A stretch of DNA of 64,000 nucleotides from positions 90,274,001-90,338,000 of the forward strand of contig NC_087437.1 in assembly GCF_036321535.1 (NCBI RefSeq), read 5' to 3'. The translations under genes and the position numbers were made by a program. The notes under the pieces are model-generated. The model made no database searches, was not told where the DNA came from, and saw nothing but the letters and a program-made list of their open reading frames with translations. Of the stretch, positions 41,521 to 55,765 are shown in pieces. Origin of the DNA: Camelus dromedarius. Its lineage: Eukaryota. Each line of letters opens with the position of its first letter. Positions within the stretch are counted from its first letter, which is position 1.

Positions 41521-44084
41521 TGGACCATCATTTACTCCACTTATCCCAAGTTATCTGTGCCTATGCACGTCTATGAAGTTACTGTTAAAACAGTAAGCTT
41601 CTGGAGGACAGGCAGAGTAATGCCTGACAAGTTTTGCACATTGTTTATTTCAGAACATAGATGCCTATCAGTTATTTAATGTGTTCTCTTGATGAGCATA
41701 ATAGGATTTTCTACCAAAATGAGCTACGGATTTGAACTTCAATTACCTAAATAATTGCTTGAAAGCCCTGTTTCACTTTAGCTTTGGAGTACTGGGTCTG
41801 AAAAATTATTAATTCAAGGTTCAGTTTTCTTCTGTTTGTCACTTAAAAAAAAATAACTTGCAATGTAAACTTGAGGAATGGAAAGTTGATACCAAATCTG
41901 TAATCTGTCAGAGAAAAACATCTCCCTTTCACATCACAAGAAACCAAAAGCATGAAATGTCATTCTACATGGTTTCACTTACAGTTAATTCCATAAATTG
42001 TGATTAGTTTGAATATATGTAATATTAATAGCTTACTTTCTACATCAACAGATGCAAACTTCAAAACCCTTGTCTATTTGCTCTTCATTTTTAAAATGCT
42101 TGCTTAAAAGATATAGTATCAAGGGCTTTTCATGCTTAGAAAAAAGACAGATAACCAAATGTAATCCTAAAATAATATTCCTGTTCAAACTAGGTTATAA
42201 TGATTGACATGTACAGGATATTTTTATGGGCATACAAATATGAAAATATGAAAAACAGAAATATACTCATTGAATTCCATGTATTCTGGAAATAAAATGT
42301 CTGCCTAGCAAACTTATCAATATAATAAATTCCTCTACCTATGTGATAAAAAACAAGTAATAGGCAGAAAGCATCCTGAGCAAAGACAGAAATAATTATA
42401 AATATGTATAATTATCACTTCCATTTTTTTTAATCAAATACATTTTCAGTACATATACTGGGCCAAAAACCCACTCTTAAAACTGATAAGCATATCTGAT
42501 AGACATACAGCATTTTTGTAGCCACTTGCATATGCATTTTTGAAAAGATTTATCAGATATCTTTCAAAATGGTTTGTGTATACACTGAGCAATAAAAGAA
42601 AAACAAAGAACAAGTAACTTGTCAAAATATGACAGCATAGAAAAGTTATGCTGAAAATATTTTAGAAATGTATGTCCTGCCAAGGCTTTTGCTATAGAAT
42701 TTAAATTCTATCCAATGGAAATTACAATTAGCAGTTAATGTTACTATCTAAATTAATTAACATATGAGTTAATATTTCTAGCATCAAAATTTTAAACATT
42801 GATAGATTTTAATATAGCTCATTAATGCTTATGTTATTGAATATAAACATTAATTATCACTTGCATCATTATTTTATGTACTTACAAAAGAAAAATCCTG
42901 GCAATTAAACTCTGATACAGCAGGGATTTTAAGATGATTCACAAATTCAGATATGTTGAAATGTGAAAATAAAATTGTGCATGTTATTCCAATGAAATAC
43001 GATAATTACTTTATATGCCTATACAAAATACTCCAAAAAAGCCTCAAGGTCTGCAAAGATTTGACAAGTGTCTTCATGTTTAAAAAAAAAAAAACCACTA
43101 AAATCACTTCTTTCAATTACATTTTTTTTAGACGAGAGTTTCTATTTATGTACTTGTAAAAATCCACGATGGTTTTTAATGAACATCAATGACACTTCAA
43201 TTTTTCATATTATTCATGAAAGAAAATAATTTAGACTCCTTTACAGAACTGCCAATTGCAATTTACCTTGGCTCTTTCAGGCAAGGGAAGGTTCATAAAT
43301 CAGCAACTTGAGCATTTACTAAATGACAAAGAAACAAAATTACAAATGAATACTATAATCCAACATTTTTCTTCAAATAACAAATTCAATACAGTTTTAG
43401 TAAAGAGGTTCTTAGAAAACTATGAAGGGAAGGAATGTTTCTCTTTTATGTCTGAGTTACATTATTGGAAGGACTCCCAAAAGGAATAAGAAAAAATGTT
43501 TGGAAAAATAATTAATATTACATTGTTTCAAAATTTTATTGAATATGAAGTCTGAAAAGACTGGGAAAGTTTTAAAATAATAGCCAGCTAAATATTATAC
43601 TGGAGGCCTACAAAACATAGATATGATACAGTATTTTCTTATAGCTTCCTAAACCATGCAATTTCACTATACTAACAAAGAAAGGCTACCTGTTTTATTA
43701 AGAAGAGCTAAGTTTGGATTCTAGCTGTGTGGCCTTGGACAATATAAGTCCTCTGGACAGTAACTTTCTTAACTGTGATATGTACATCCCATACGTATTT
43801 TTAAGATTAAATAATATGTGTAGACTAGTTCAGTACCTTAAGTTCAATTGCTATTCACTGTAAAAGGAACTTGCATTATTTTACAAGAACATAAAGAGAA
43901 ATGTCGTGTAATAATCATTCAATTAATACTAACACAATAGCAATTGACAAATCTTTCAAAGCATATTAAAATAAAGAAAGCTCACCAAATATATTCATAT
44001 GAAAATTATCTGTGCCTTTTAGGTCTACAGTATAAACCTACACTAAATAGAACTACACACATGTAATGTATCCATTAGCCTTGT

Positions 44085-44272
44085 TGTATCCCTTAGGGTC
44101 CATTTGGTAATGGCTGCAGACATTTTTGATTGTGAAGACTAGGGAGGGTCTATTACTGGCATATCTAGTGTCTAGTGTCAGGGATGCTGCTAAGCATCTT
44201 CAGACACACAGTGTCCTCAGAACAAGGAATATCCAGCTCCAGATCTCGACTGAGTTGTGTTGGAGAAGCTTG
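44085..44272 (+). mobile_element. MER20 hAT DNA transposon
   Basis: 'catttggtaatggctgcagacatttttgattgt...tattactggcat...cagggatgctgctaagcatctt...aacaaggaatatccagctcc'. Confidence 0.8.
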
Positions 44273-46079
44273 TATTAGCCAGGTGTTTCTGCAGGCAGCC
44301 ATTTTACCATGTGAAGAAATGAATTATAATAAATAAAGTGACAGAAACATGCCTGAAAAGGGAAAGATGGACCTACACTGTTTTGTTATCAGATTTAGTT
44401 TAGTTTCAAGATTTTAAAAAGGGGTTTGCTAATGTCACTGTGACATCCATTTGTGAGTCGCTGGGTTTTAGATTATGAGATATTCTAGTTTTTTTTTTTT
44501 TCAAAGTCAAGTTGGTGACCAGTAGCACTGTTTCACTATTGCACTGGAAGGCAATTATAGGCTCTTTCCTAGATGGAACCTATTCATAATTTTGGTGGAA
44601 CTTGTCTCATTTTCCACCTTGAAATGGAAGAAAAGAAAACAACATTCCTGGCAGATCTAAGGATCTATTATGTGTCAGAAACTGCCACCTCCTTTTGTTC
44701 TAGTTTAAAAATATACGTAAATATACAGTTTTTAACCCTGTATACTGCCAGCAACCATGTCCCTGAGATCATATTCAGATGCCTGTGCCACATCCAATTC
44801 CACGCCGCCCTACCACGGCAGCACCTTCCAGCTACGTGGCACTCTGCTGAATGCTACATGGATCAAGCTAAATTGCCACAGTACCTTCCTTCTAAAAGCT
44901 CCAGAAAAGTCTTTTGCGGTTGAAGAATAATCAATTACTTACCCAATTCAATTCAACAAATATTTATTAAGCATTCATTCATTCATTCTTGTATTTTCTC
45001 CCTCTGTGGGCTGCTATCCTTAAGAGCAGCTAAAGAAGCAAAATGACTCCTGTTTATTAAAGACTTTTATTTTAAAGATGCTTAAGTGCAGTTCACAGTT
45101 CTTCAACTGCTCTTACCAAATCCTCAGAGGCTCCACTGTAGAGGAAATTCATGTTCCATCATACAGAAACAAGAGTAATATGTTCCATTTGTATTTTGTT
45201 AAGAAAATATCAGCATTTAATGATGGGACGGATGTGCAGAGTAGAGATGTGTGTCTAAATATGTCATTATACACTACTACTATAAATAAGCTGATTTATA
45301 AATTCATATTAGATAATAAAGAATGTGAATTTACCTCTCAAAACACTATAGATGTTAAGCGTTTGTACTGCATAGTCTATGAAAAAAGAGCATATTTTGT
45401 TTAGTACATTTTAATTGCTCCTGGTTTATATCAAGGTTTAGATAATACAAAAGTCTGCTAAATATTTTGAGAAGCATATGCTTCTATTTCCAATAAGAAC
45501 CACCACGTTTTTTTCCTTTCTCCTGAGGAGAAGAGAGAGTAGTTAGATGCCAATCTTAAAATAAATATTCTTCATTTGGATCGATATATAGATGACTCCT
45601 TCCAAGAACATTAGTCATGGTACTGCTGGGAACTGTCTCCAGATTTATCCCAGCCACAAAAAAGATAGAGCATCTTCTCTAGAGAACCCCTGGTGTTCTG
45701 CTTTTTCCACCTTGGGATTCAGAAGAGTACTCCAGTACTTTCTCATGGGAATGTCAAAAATAATAGCCTATCTGTCACCTGTCTTGGAGTCAGGATTATG
45801 TTTCTCTTGTAAGAGGCCTACTGCTTTAGCACTTTGTAAGGTCATTCAAAGTCAACATGCCAGGTGTGTCGGAAAGTACTACTGAAGATGCTGCAAAGGC
45901 ATGCGTTTTCCCCTAGTTTCAGCACAACCTAACTGACCTTTTCAGGCAGTCCGAAGTTCTCAGCAGAGCTCATGTGCCTAGAGGTAAAGGACTGAGGTCT
46001 GGGATCTTCCAAAATCCTATCTTCTAGACACTTCACAAACATAAAAATAAACATTTATTATAAACATAAAGGATGCACA

Positions 46080-46370
46080 ATAAAATTGATTTCCTAAGCT
46101 TGGCATTAAAAGCTCTCACCAATCTGATTTCAGCCCAGTTTCCTACATGCTTTTCCCTCCTGAGTGCACGTAAGGAATTCTCTTATGTATTTTAGAGCAT
46201 GGTCTTCCTTACACTATACTCTTTATCATTTTTCCACAAATACTTTTTATAAAAATTTCATTTTCTCAAGGAGAGGGAGCATTATCTTGTTCATTTTAAT
46301 GCCACCCATAGTGCCTAAGACTGTAATTTGTACACAGTGGAAACCTAACAAATGTCTGAAGAACTGGAAA
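46080..46370 (+). mobile_element. L2 3' end relic
   Basis: 'attatcttgttcattttaatgccacccatagtgcctaagactgtaatttgtacacagtggaaacctaacaaatgtctgaagaa'. Confidence 0.55.
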
Positions 46371-48202
46371 TAGTAAGTAAAATAAAACAAAACAAACTGG
46401 TATATTCTCATTACAAAAAGGGAGAAAAAGTGAAATAAAATATTGGATCATTTTTCAGCCCTGAAATGTAATCAGTTGTTAAAGGAATGCTGGCCTTCAG
46501 ACCACTATCCTTTTCTGCATTATTCCACTTACTAAAAGACATGCCTTCGCCTGCATTTCTTTGTAAGCCACTGGCTTTTTAACCATTATGAAACATGCTC
46601 TTAAATCTATTGAAACACTTATATCAAGGTCACTTATCATCTCTCAATCAAAAGTCCAAATATCTTTCTCATTTTCTTCTCTTTATCAACGTCCTTGCTG
46701 TGTTTGCCTCTCACACATACATCTTAAACTGCTTTCACTTCTTGGCTTCTGTGACATCCTACTTTCTCAACTCACTTCTCTGATCATCTACTTACTGTTT
46801 TATTCATATCCTGTCATTTAAATACCTAAACATCTACTTTTATTCTTTATTATCATACTCTTACTCCAGTTAATGTAATATTTTAACTTATCTGTTGCTT
46901 TATGATTAAAAGGCACAGCCTTCACTTTTTCTAAAATTCAGATTGCACGAAGTAAATATTTATCAAACTGACTGAACTGAATGCATCATTCTCCTCCTGT
47001 CTCATCACTGTCACAATAGTAAGAAAAATACTCCCATTTCTTATTTTGGAACTGTGTTCTGCAAATTGAGCCTCACATTATAGACTCTGCAATCTTCAAG
47101 GCTTAAGACAGTATTAATACCAAATAGGTAAAAATTGCTCTTTTCATAATTCTCTGTATAGCTCAACTTAATATGAAACAGTAAGATTTATGAAGAGATT
47201 AGTTTTTATCTTCAAATCTAAACATGTTCAAAATAGCCATTGTTTCAAATTGCTGTCTCAGCAGAAAGAGCTTTCTGAAGGCACTGGTAGGGTTGGGCTA
47301 AGCATCAGCAGGTTAGAAAGTGTCTCAGGCATGGAAATTACTGCACATCTGGCTTCTCTCAGCACCTAAATGCATACATGTATATACTGAAATGGAACAT
47401 ACTGTTTGTTCTTTTTGTGTGTGTGAAATCTTTAAATAAATTTAGAAAAGATATTACCCTATTGTGCGTTTTCATAGGATAATATTTCAGGACCACGATT
47501 ACAAACTAGAACAACAGAATGTATTGCACAAACATGCTCTATTTTTATCTTGGTTGGTATTAATAATCACATGCAGTATTCATTTACAGAAGCAAAGTTT
47601 TCATGGAAAATAATAAAAAGTATGTTCATGGTTCAGTAAATGAATCTCAGATGCATAACCACACTTGACAGATTTTAGCCCCTAATGCCTTAATCCTTCC
47701 CCAGCTTCACTGATGCAACCTCTGGAAACCTAAGTATTAATTTGAGAGTATAACTTTTGCTTACATCATCTGGAAAGGAGGATTCAGAATGCTTTTCGTG
47801 TAAATTGCAATTATACATAGCACACTTTGTAGAGCCGTTTTCATATAACTTTACATAATTGAATTGTATTCACCTTATTTATTTTTTTTTGCATGGGAAT
47901 GAATAATGCAGTCTAAACATCAGTCACTAAAATTAAAGTGAAACAACGTGGTTTCTAAATCACAATATAATACTTGTAAAAGTTATCAGGGCACAAGAGT
48001 TCTCCATTCCAGACTGAAAATACATGCTTTACCAGAAATAACATTTTTTAAAGCACTTAATCATAAAATAATGGTATTTTAAAACAACTAATTTTTAAGA
48101 GAGGTGCAAAGACAGTATAGAGGATCCCTTATTCCTTTACCCATTTCCCCTTAGTATTAGCACCTTACAAAACGATAGAACTTTGATCAAAATTAAATGT
48201 TG

Positions 48203-48397
48203 CATTCAAAATTGTAGAGATAAACAAGATTATACTGTATAGCACAGGGAAATATATACAAGATCTTATGGTAGCTCACAGAGAAAAAAATGTGACAATG
48301 AATATATATATGTTCATGTATAACTGAAAAATTGTGCTCTACGCTGGAATTTGACACAACATTGTAAAATGATTATAAATCAATAAAAGATGTTAAA
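48203..48397 (+). mobile_element. Young camelid-type L1 3' end with 14-bp TSD
   Basis: 'gtagagataaacaagattatactgtatagcacagggaaatatatacaagatc...ggaatttgacacaacattgtaaaatgattataaatcaataaaa'. TSD aaaattaaatgttg at 48189-48202 and 48398-48411. Confidence 0.9.
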
Positions 48398-48750
48398 AAA
48401 ATTAAATGTTGTGTTCTTGGTCCAAGCCAACATACCATGTTGCATTTAGCTGTCATATTACTTATCCTCTTTCAATCTCTGATTCCTTGTCATTGACAGG
48501 ATTAAAGAGTAATGGTTAGCTATTTTGTAGACTGTATTTGGGATTGCCTTGCATTTTCTCGAGATTAGATGTGATTATTGATTTTTAGGAGAGAATACTA
48601 CAAAGGTGAAATTCTTTTTCCATCATATTATATTATGGGTATAGACACCAATGTGACATTACTAGTTAACTTAGATGTCTAGGTTAGGAGAGTATCTGCC
48701 AAGTTTCTCCAGTATAAGTTATTATTTTCCCTTTTCTAGACTCCATTAGA

Positions 48751-50261
48751 CCATGACATCTTTCACAGAACAAGAACAAATATCTTAAAATTTATATGGA
48801 ATCACAAAAGACCCAGAATTGTCAAAGCAATACTGAAGAAAAAGAATGAAGCTGGAGGACTGACCCTCCCAGACTTCAGACAATACTACAGAGCTACAGT
48901 AATCAAAGCAGCATGGTATTGGCATAAAACAGACACATGGATCAATGGAACAGAATAGAGAGCCCAGAAATAAACCCACAGGACTATGGTCAATTAATCT
49001 TTGACAAAAGAGGCAAGAACATACAATGGAGTAAAGAAAGTCTCTTCAGCAAGTCGTGTTAGGAAAACTGGACAGCAGCATGTAATTCAGTGAAGTTAGA
49101 ACACTCCTTCACTCCATACACAAAAATAAACTCAAAATGGCTTAAAGACTTAAATACAAGATAAGACATGATAAACCTCCTAAAAGAAAATATAGGCAAA
49201 ACATTCTCTGACATAAATCTTAGCAATATTCTCCTAGGGCAGTCTACCCAGGCAATAGAAATAAAAGCAAAAATTAACAAATGGGACCTAATTAAACTTA
49301 TAAACTTTTGCACAGCAAAGGAAACCATAAGCAAAACAAAACAACAACCAATGGAATAGGAGAAAATATTTGCAAATAATACGACTGACAAAGGTTTAAT
49401 TTTCAGAATATATAAACAGCTCATACAACTTAATAACAAAAAAAAAAAAAAACCCAATTCAAAAATGGGCAGAAGACCTAAATAAGCGGTTCTCCAGTGA
49501 GGACATACAAATGGCCAATAGGTACATGAAAAAATGCTCAATATTGCTAATTATCAGAGAAATGCAAATCAAAACTACAATGAGGTATCACGTCACACCA
49601 GTCAGAATGGCCATCATTAAAAAGGCCACAAAGAATAAATTCTGCAGAGGCTATGGAGAAAAAGGAACCCTCCTACACTGCTGGTGAGAATGTAGTATGC
49701 TGCAGCCATTATGGAAAACAGTATGGAGATTCCTCAAAAAACTAAAAATAGATTTACCATATGATCCAGTAATCCCACTCCTGGGTGTATATCTGGAGGA
49801 AACTCTAATTCAAAAATATACATGCACCCCAATGTTCACAGCAGCACTATATGTAATAGCCAGTATATGAAAGCAACCTAAATGTCCATCGACAAATGAC
49901 CAGATAAAGAAGTTGTCATATGTACATACACTGAAGGAACTAATGAACTCATCTACAAAACAGAAATAGACATAGTAAACAGTCTTATGTTTACTGGGGA
50001 GAGGAGGTGGTAAGGGATAAATTTGGGAGTTTGAGATTTGCAAATGTTAGCCACTATATATGAAAATAGATTAAATAACAAATTTCTTCTGTATAGCACA
50101 GGGAACTATATTCAATATTTTGCAATAACCTTTAATGAAAAAGAGTATGAACATGTATATATATATGTGTATACATATATGTGTATATATATATACATGA
50201 CTGGGACAATATACTGTATACCAGAAATTGACACATTGTAACTGACTATACTTAAAAAATA
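48751..50261 (+). mobile_element. 5'-truncated artiodactyl/camelid L1 (ORF2 C-terminal part and 3' UTR)
   Basis: ORF 49168..49359 'LLKENIGKTFSDINLSNILLGQSTQAIEIKAKINKWDLIKLINFCTAKETI' is L1 ORF2 sequence. The 3' UTR 'ctgtatagcacagggaactatattcaata...ccagaaattgacacattgtaactgactatactt' ends in an A-rich tail. Contains stops and frameshifts. Confidence 0.95.
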
Positions 50262-50582
50262 AAAGTGAGTCACTAAATTTAGCTCTCACTCAAGAGGAGG
50301 GTAACAAAGCTCCTCCTTGTGGAGGGAGTAGTTTCAAAGAATTGTAGACATATGTAAAAGCACCATAATTAATGAGTATTTAGAAGGAGATACTTAACGC
50401 TATAAATTTATCTTCTTTCTTCTTATATATTTGCCATTAATTTGGCATTCAATCTACCATTTACACTCTAGAAATGGAAAAATATATATGATGTATATAT
50501 GATATCTATAATGATATATATTATTTAACATATAACGTTATTTAATATAAATGATGCACATTAAAATATACATGTATAAAGA

Positions 50583-50615
<33 letters not shown>

Positions 50616-50628
50616 TATATATATACAC
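50583..50628. repeat. (TA)n(CA)n compound microsatellite
   Basis: Read directly. Confidence 0.9.
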
Positions 50629-52119
50629 ATTCTTTCAATTCTTCTCTTAGCCATTTGATTTACATCAGCTTATCCCTGTATCTCTTACAGAATTCTTATG
50701 TGGTAAATTGAGATATATATATAATTATTATATAATAATATAATTATAATTATTAGATACATGTGTAATAAATAAAATATTGTTAAAGAAACAAATAGAA
50801 AATAATTCTGTTAGTAGTCTTGATAATATCTTTATAAAAGTTTAAAAAATAGTAAATAAAATAAATGTAGATTTGCCCATGGAGGAATTTCAACCAGCAT
50901 GGGCTAAATTTATATCAAATATTCTCTCATTTATAGAGAGAATTTCCCCCAAGACTTGCAAAGAATGATATCTTTACACTCAATTGCCAACTTATATGCT
51001 GTCTCCTCAGAAAGAGTTTCATTAACTCTTTAGGTTACTGAAGTCACTCTCTCATATAACTCTTCTATTTTCTATTTTCTTAATTTTTTTTTCTCATCTC
51101 AATGGAGGTTAAGCTTCAGAAGACCATAGAAGCAGTGTCTGCCACTTAGTTGCATTCCCAAAGATTTTTATTGGTTAATTGAATAAATGCATTATTGAAT
51201 CACTAAATGGGTCTCTTGGGAGAAATTTTTAATAAAATCTCCTGTTGCGTTTCCCTGTTATAAAACTCAACCTATCTGACTTGTTAAGTGGATATGTCAT
51301 GCTCATTTGTATGCATATTCCACTGCACCCTTATAAAATTCTCATCAGATTATTCCTTATATTACCAAGTTTTTCAATCCAGAATTATTGCATTCACTTA
51401 AGCCCTTCGAGTGAATGTTTGGTATCTCCTTATTCTATTACTATACACTATTTCACATACAACTTTCTCAACGATGAGCCATAGACCCTTTGTTTTTCCT
51501 TCTACCTAAATCCATGAAAATATTCCATCACATTCCCTTTTAGAGCCTAATCATTTATACCCCAGAAATAACAGTATCACAAATTCCTTAAGGATCTGTG
51601 TGTCTTATCCAGTACCTTCTGGATTATATTTCAAGATGTGTTTGATGATAAATATGGATCTGAATCACATTAGGGAAAAAAAGCACTATATATACTAGAA
51701 GTTTACCTTGTATTCTCATTCTTTACTGCTAAACAGAACAATTTACATGTATCTATTCCTAAAATTTTGATAGATATTGCCCAATGCTGGCCTTTTGTAA
51801 TATTCCACCTGAGTCTCTCTGACGTTGGAGATCACATCTATTACAAATCAATCTCTCCCTCTCTATCCCTCTCCCTCTCTATCCCTCTCCCTCTCTCATT
51901 TTTTTTTTTTCTGATCCAGTCTCTCTTTAAGCTCTGCCACATGATTGGTATTTTCTAATAGTATATAAAAATCCTGTGGAACTTTGCGTGTTTTAAATAG
52001 AAATAGTGAAAACTAAACATTTAAATTAAGGAGAAAACTGACTGAATGTTTAGAAGTGAACAAGTGAGAAAAATTTATTTCCCCCTTTTTTTCAGCCTGA
52101 AATGATTTTTCCCAATTCT

Positions 52120-52390
52120 ATGCTTCCTTCAAGTGTCAGAAGTCATCTTAATCAGGCACTTAATACTATACTATATATATAGTAACTTGTTTATTATGCG
52201 TCTGTCCTGCTATGTAGAAGAGAAAAGAGATTATTTTATTATGTACTATAATAGATTATATCTATTAATCATTTCTTACGTACTTTTCTGTGTTCCCAGG
52301 ATGCCATTCTGTACCGTTCTGCAAACCCAGTGCCTGAAGCATTGCTCTGCGTAGCACAGATGTTCAATAAATATTTGTGGGACTATAAAT
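52120..52390 (+). mobile_element. L2 3' end relic
   Basis: 'cccagtgcctgaagcattgctctgcgtagcacagatgttcaataaatatttgtgg' resembles the L2 terminal motif. Confidence 0.6.
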
Positions 52391-54843
52391 GTGAATAAAG
52401 TACTAAAGTGATCCTCTCAAATGAAACTGAATTTGTATAATTGATCATATTAACATTCTATTAAATGAAGAATATAATCTCAACATAAACACTAAAGTGG
52501 GGCTGATTTAAATTCTATATTTAAAATATAAAATAAATTTAACTCTGTGTTTCAGGGTGTACTATATATATTTGACTGATCGGTGTCAACTTAATACAGC
52601 TAATCATACATTGACCATTTGTTGTCGGTTTCACATGTGGAAGGAATATATCCAAAAACTATCTTCTAAAGACTTATTAAAGAATTATAAATAGATACAA
52701 AGATAATCCATTTAAATAAGGAAAAAAGTAAGTCTAGAAATTTAAAAATTGTTTCAATAAGCCTATTGAAAAAGACCTGTACTATGTTTAAAAATTAGGA
52801 TTTAAACATAAGTAAAAGAAACTTCTCTGAAAATTTCTGCAGGTTTTTATTCAAAACCTCCAGAATTAAGAAAGTATCTAACACATGGGCATCCACTGTC
52901 ACAAATTCTAAATTTGTCTAATTTCTCATTTAAAAAATAGTATAATGCATTTTGGAGATTAATAGGTAAAAATGTTTCCAAAAAGATATAAAGAATAGAA
53001 CTCAGTACACAATTTCTGAATAATCTAAAGCTTATTCTAAGGTGTTATTCCAAGTAATATTTACATGTAAATGTTTAAATTACCTATTCATTCATAAATT
53101 TCATATATAATGTCTAGCGATTATGGCAATTCTAGAAGAGTAAAAAATACTCATCAGGTTATACTTGGTTGGGTCTCCTAGGTAAATAGTTTTAATTTAA
53201 GCCATTGAAATATACATTAGCCAAAGTGCTACATTCAATGCTTAATCAGCATATACGAAGGGAAGAAAAAAAAACTGTCCTCTATGTTGTTTATAATACC
53301 TTCTAGTGTTATACATATTTGTTGCTATCATTCCCAGGCCATCTCAAAGTAGATACTGGATTATAGACTTATTTCTGAAGATCAGTACAAATTATTTGCA
53401 TGTTTAACATTAAATCTGTAATCAAGAGCACATAAGACAAAATAGCTTGAAGTCAATGGCCACTCACTCATATATGTAGAGGAGATTAGCTCCCCTTACA
53501 CCAGGAGTGGCTAATGGAGGCTTTCTCCCCAACTGGTTTTGGGGCATCGCTTTGCACATGGAGTAACTGAAAAAAGTGAAATGATTTTATCTTTATATAG
53601 AACAAAGTCCTAACAGGTGAACAAGTATACCTATTACATTAAAACATGCACAGTTCCTATTTCCTAGGACATGGTAGGTCTAACCAGGATAGACAGACTC
53701 CAGCTCTAGATAGAGAATGAGCCCATACTGTCTTGTATGTACTTGTCTTCCCTAAGCCAACTGCAAGTGGCCACAGATTGATGCCTGCAGAGCCTGATTA
53801 ATGGGCAGTCAGACTTTGGTTTTAGAAACACACATATCACACTTATTTTTAACATCAAAGATAGCTGTTAAATTTTGCTTCTCTATGCGAGGTGGCATTC
53901 AATCACTTCATATTCATTTGGTCTCCGAAACTCAAACCCTGCCAACTTTAGTGTTATATGCATATCTAAAGTAGAAAATAATTTTTCCAGCTTTATCTTT
54001 TGTAATAGTTTCATCAAACAGATATCAAAAGCCTACAGAGCATTAGTCAGGGACAGGGTGATTAGTTTCTCTCTTTATGGATGGGTAATTAATATAAAAA
54101 GGATGGAAAAAATCCTTAATCCCATTACACTTGATCCATCATTTAGCAATGCTTTTTGACTCTTCAAGGTAAAATCTGCATGTGAATTTCCCCAAAGCAA
54201 TCAAGTCGTCAGTTTTAGAAAATTATAAAATCCCACAGCAAACTGCACATCACTGATAGAAAAAAGTGAGGTTTCTGACATTCATCTAAGAGTATCTCAT
54301 TGAATAAAACTGTTTCAAATATACCACTTTTTAAATTATGCCTAATAGTATTGACCTAATTTTGCTTTAGCTTATTATACAAGTCAAGGATAAAGGCAAT
54401 ACCTGCATAACAGAAAACATAAAATATCAAAAGAAGTGTAGATATAAATCTACAGATGAGCCTTATGAATTGGCAAGGCATTGTGGCTCACAGAAGAGTA
54501 TGTAGTGTTGCAAAGTGACAGAGCAGTCTATTGCATTACAAAGGCAAGCCTTTCTCAGAATGCTCAAGGTAACTTTTCAAAACCTATTAAATGGATTTGT
54601 CAAGATTGTGTATTGGCCTGACCCACAGTTTTAAATGTTATTGTTTTGTCTTCTTGCCTATTTCCATTTTCTAATGTACCACACGTCATAAGATTAAGAT
54701 GTGACTCAGATGAACTATACTGTAATTTACATAAATTGTTGGATGTGACAAATTACATACAGACACATACTTTAACTGGAATTTCTTTTGCATTCACTGC
54801 TCCCCCTTTTGTACTACTTCATTTCTCATTGGAACAAATGACC

Positions 54844-55765
54844 TTTTTTTAAAATTGTGGTAAGAAAGACATAACATAAAATTCACCATTTTAAGCATTT
54901 TACCTGAACAGTTCTGTGGCATTAAGTGCATTCAAATTATTTCGCAACCATTGCCACCCGTCTTTTGGACTTTTTCACATTCCCTACTGAAGTCTATACC
55001 TATTAACCATTAGTTCTTCATTACCTCCTCTTTCCATCCCTTGGCAACCCACCATGCTACATTGTCTGTCAATTTGACTACTCTAGGAACTTCACATCAG
55101 AAGAATCATACAAATATTTGTCCTTTTGTGTCTGCCTTATTCCACTTAATTGAGTATCTTCAAGGTTCATCCATGTTCTAATTTGTGTCAAGTTTTTTTT
55201 TTCCTTTTTAAGGTTGAATAACATTTTGTTGTATTTATATACTACACTTTGCTTAGACATTCATCTGCTGATGGACACTTGAGTTGCTTCTACCTTTTGA
55301 CTTTAATAAATAAGGCTGCTATGAACATGGTATACAAGTATCTTCTGAGTCTGCTTTCATTTCTTTTGGCTATATACCCTGAAACGAAATTGCTGGATTA
55401 CGTGGTAATTTTAAGTTAATTTTCTTACGATATCATCATACCATTTTCCACAGGGTAAGTACGAAAAATATTTTCCATTTTATACCCATCAGCAATGCAC
55501 AAGTGTTCTGAATTTTCCACATCCTAACAGCACCTGTTATTTTCTGTTGGTTTGTTTGCTTAGTTTTGGTAACAGCCATCCCAAAGGATGTGAAATATTA
55601 TCACTTTATGGTTTTATTTTATTTTTTTCCTCTCCTTAATGACTAGTGATGAGCATCTTTTTATGTACTTACTGGCCATTTCTATATCTTCTTTAGAGAA
55701 ATGTATATTCAAGTTCATTGCCCATTTTTTAAATTGGGTTTTTTGTTTTGTTGTTCTTCTTTGGT
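54844..55765 (-). mobile_element. LINE-1 (L1MB-like) 3' end
   Basis: 'ttttttaaaattgtggtaag...cataacataaaattcaccattttaa', 'gatggacacttgagttgcttctaccttttg'. ORF 55614..55883(-) 'TQFKKWAMNLNIHFSKEDIEMASKYIKRCS' is ORF2-like. Confidence 0.9.

Larger units (their letters stand above)
48085..50460 (-). mobile_element. Old L1MC-like 3' UTR split by two younger L1 insertions
   Basis: Pieces at about 48085-48202, 48398-48750 ('ccatgttgcatttagctgtcat', 'gtatctgccaagtttctccagtataagttattattttccc') and 50262-50460 ('aagtgagtcactaaatttagctctcactcaagaggaggg') read as one continuous element. Confidence 0.7.

Noticed and set aside
49059..49541. Longest ORF in the track (160 aa, minus strand)
   Set aside because: It is the antisense reading of L1 ORF2 sequence, not a gene.
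54395..54435. Minus-strand acceptor followed by GT (tgttttctgttatgcag|gtattg)
   Set aside because: GTATTG is a poor donor, with no clear branch point or downstream RS-exon donor.
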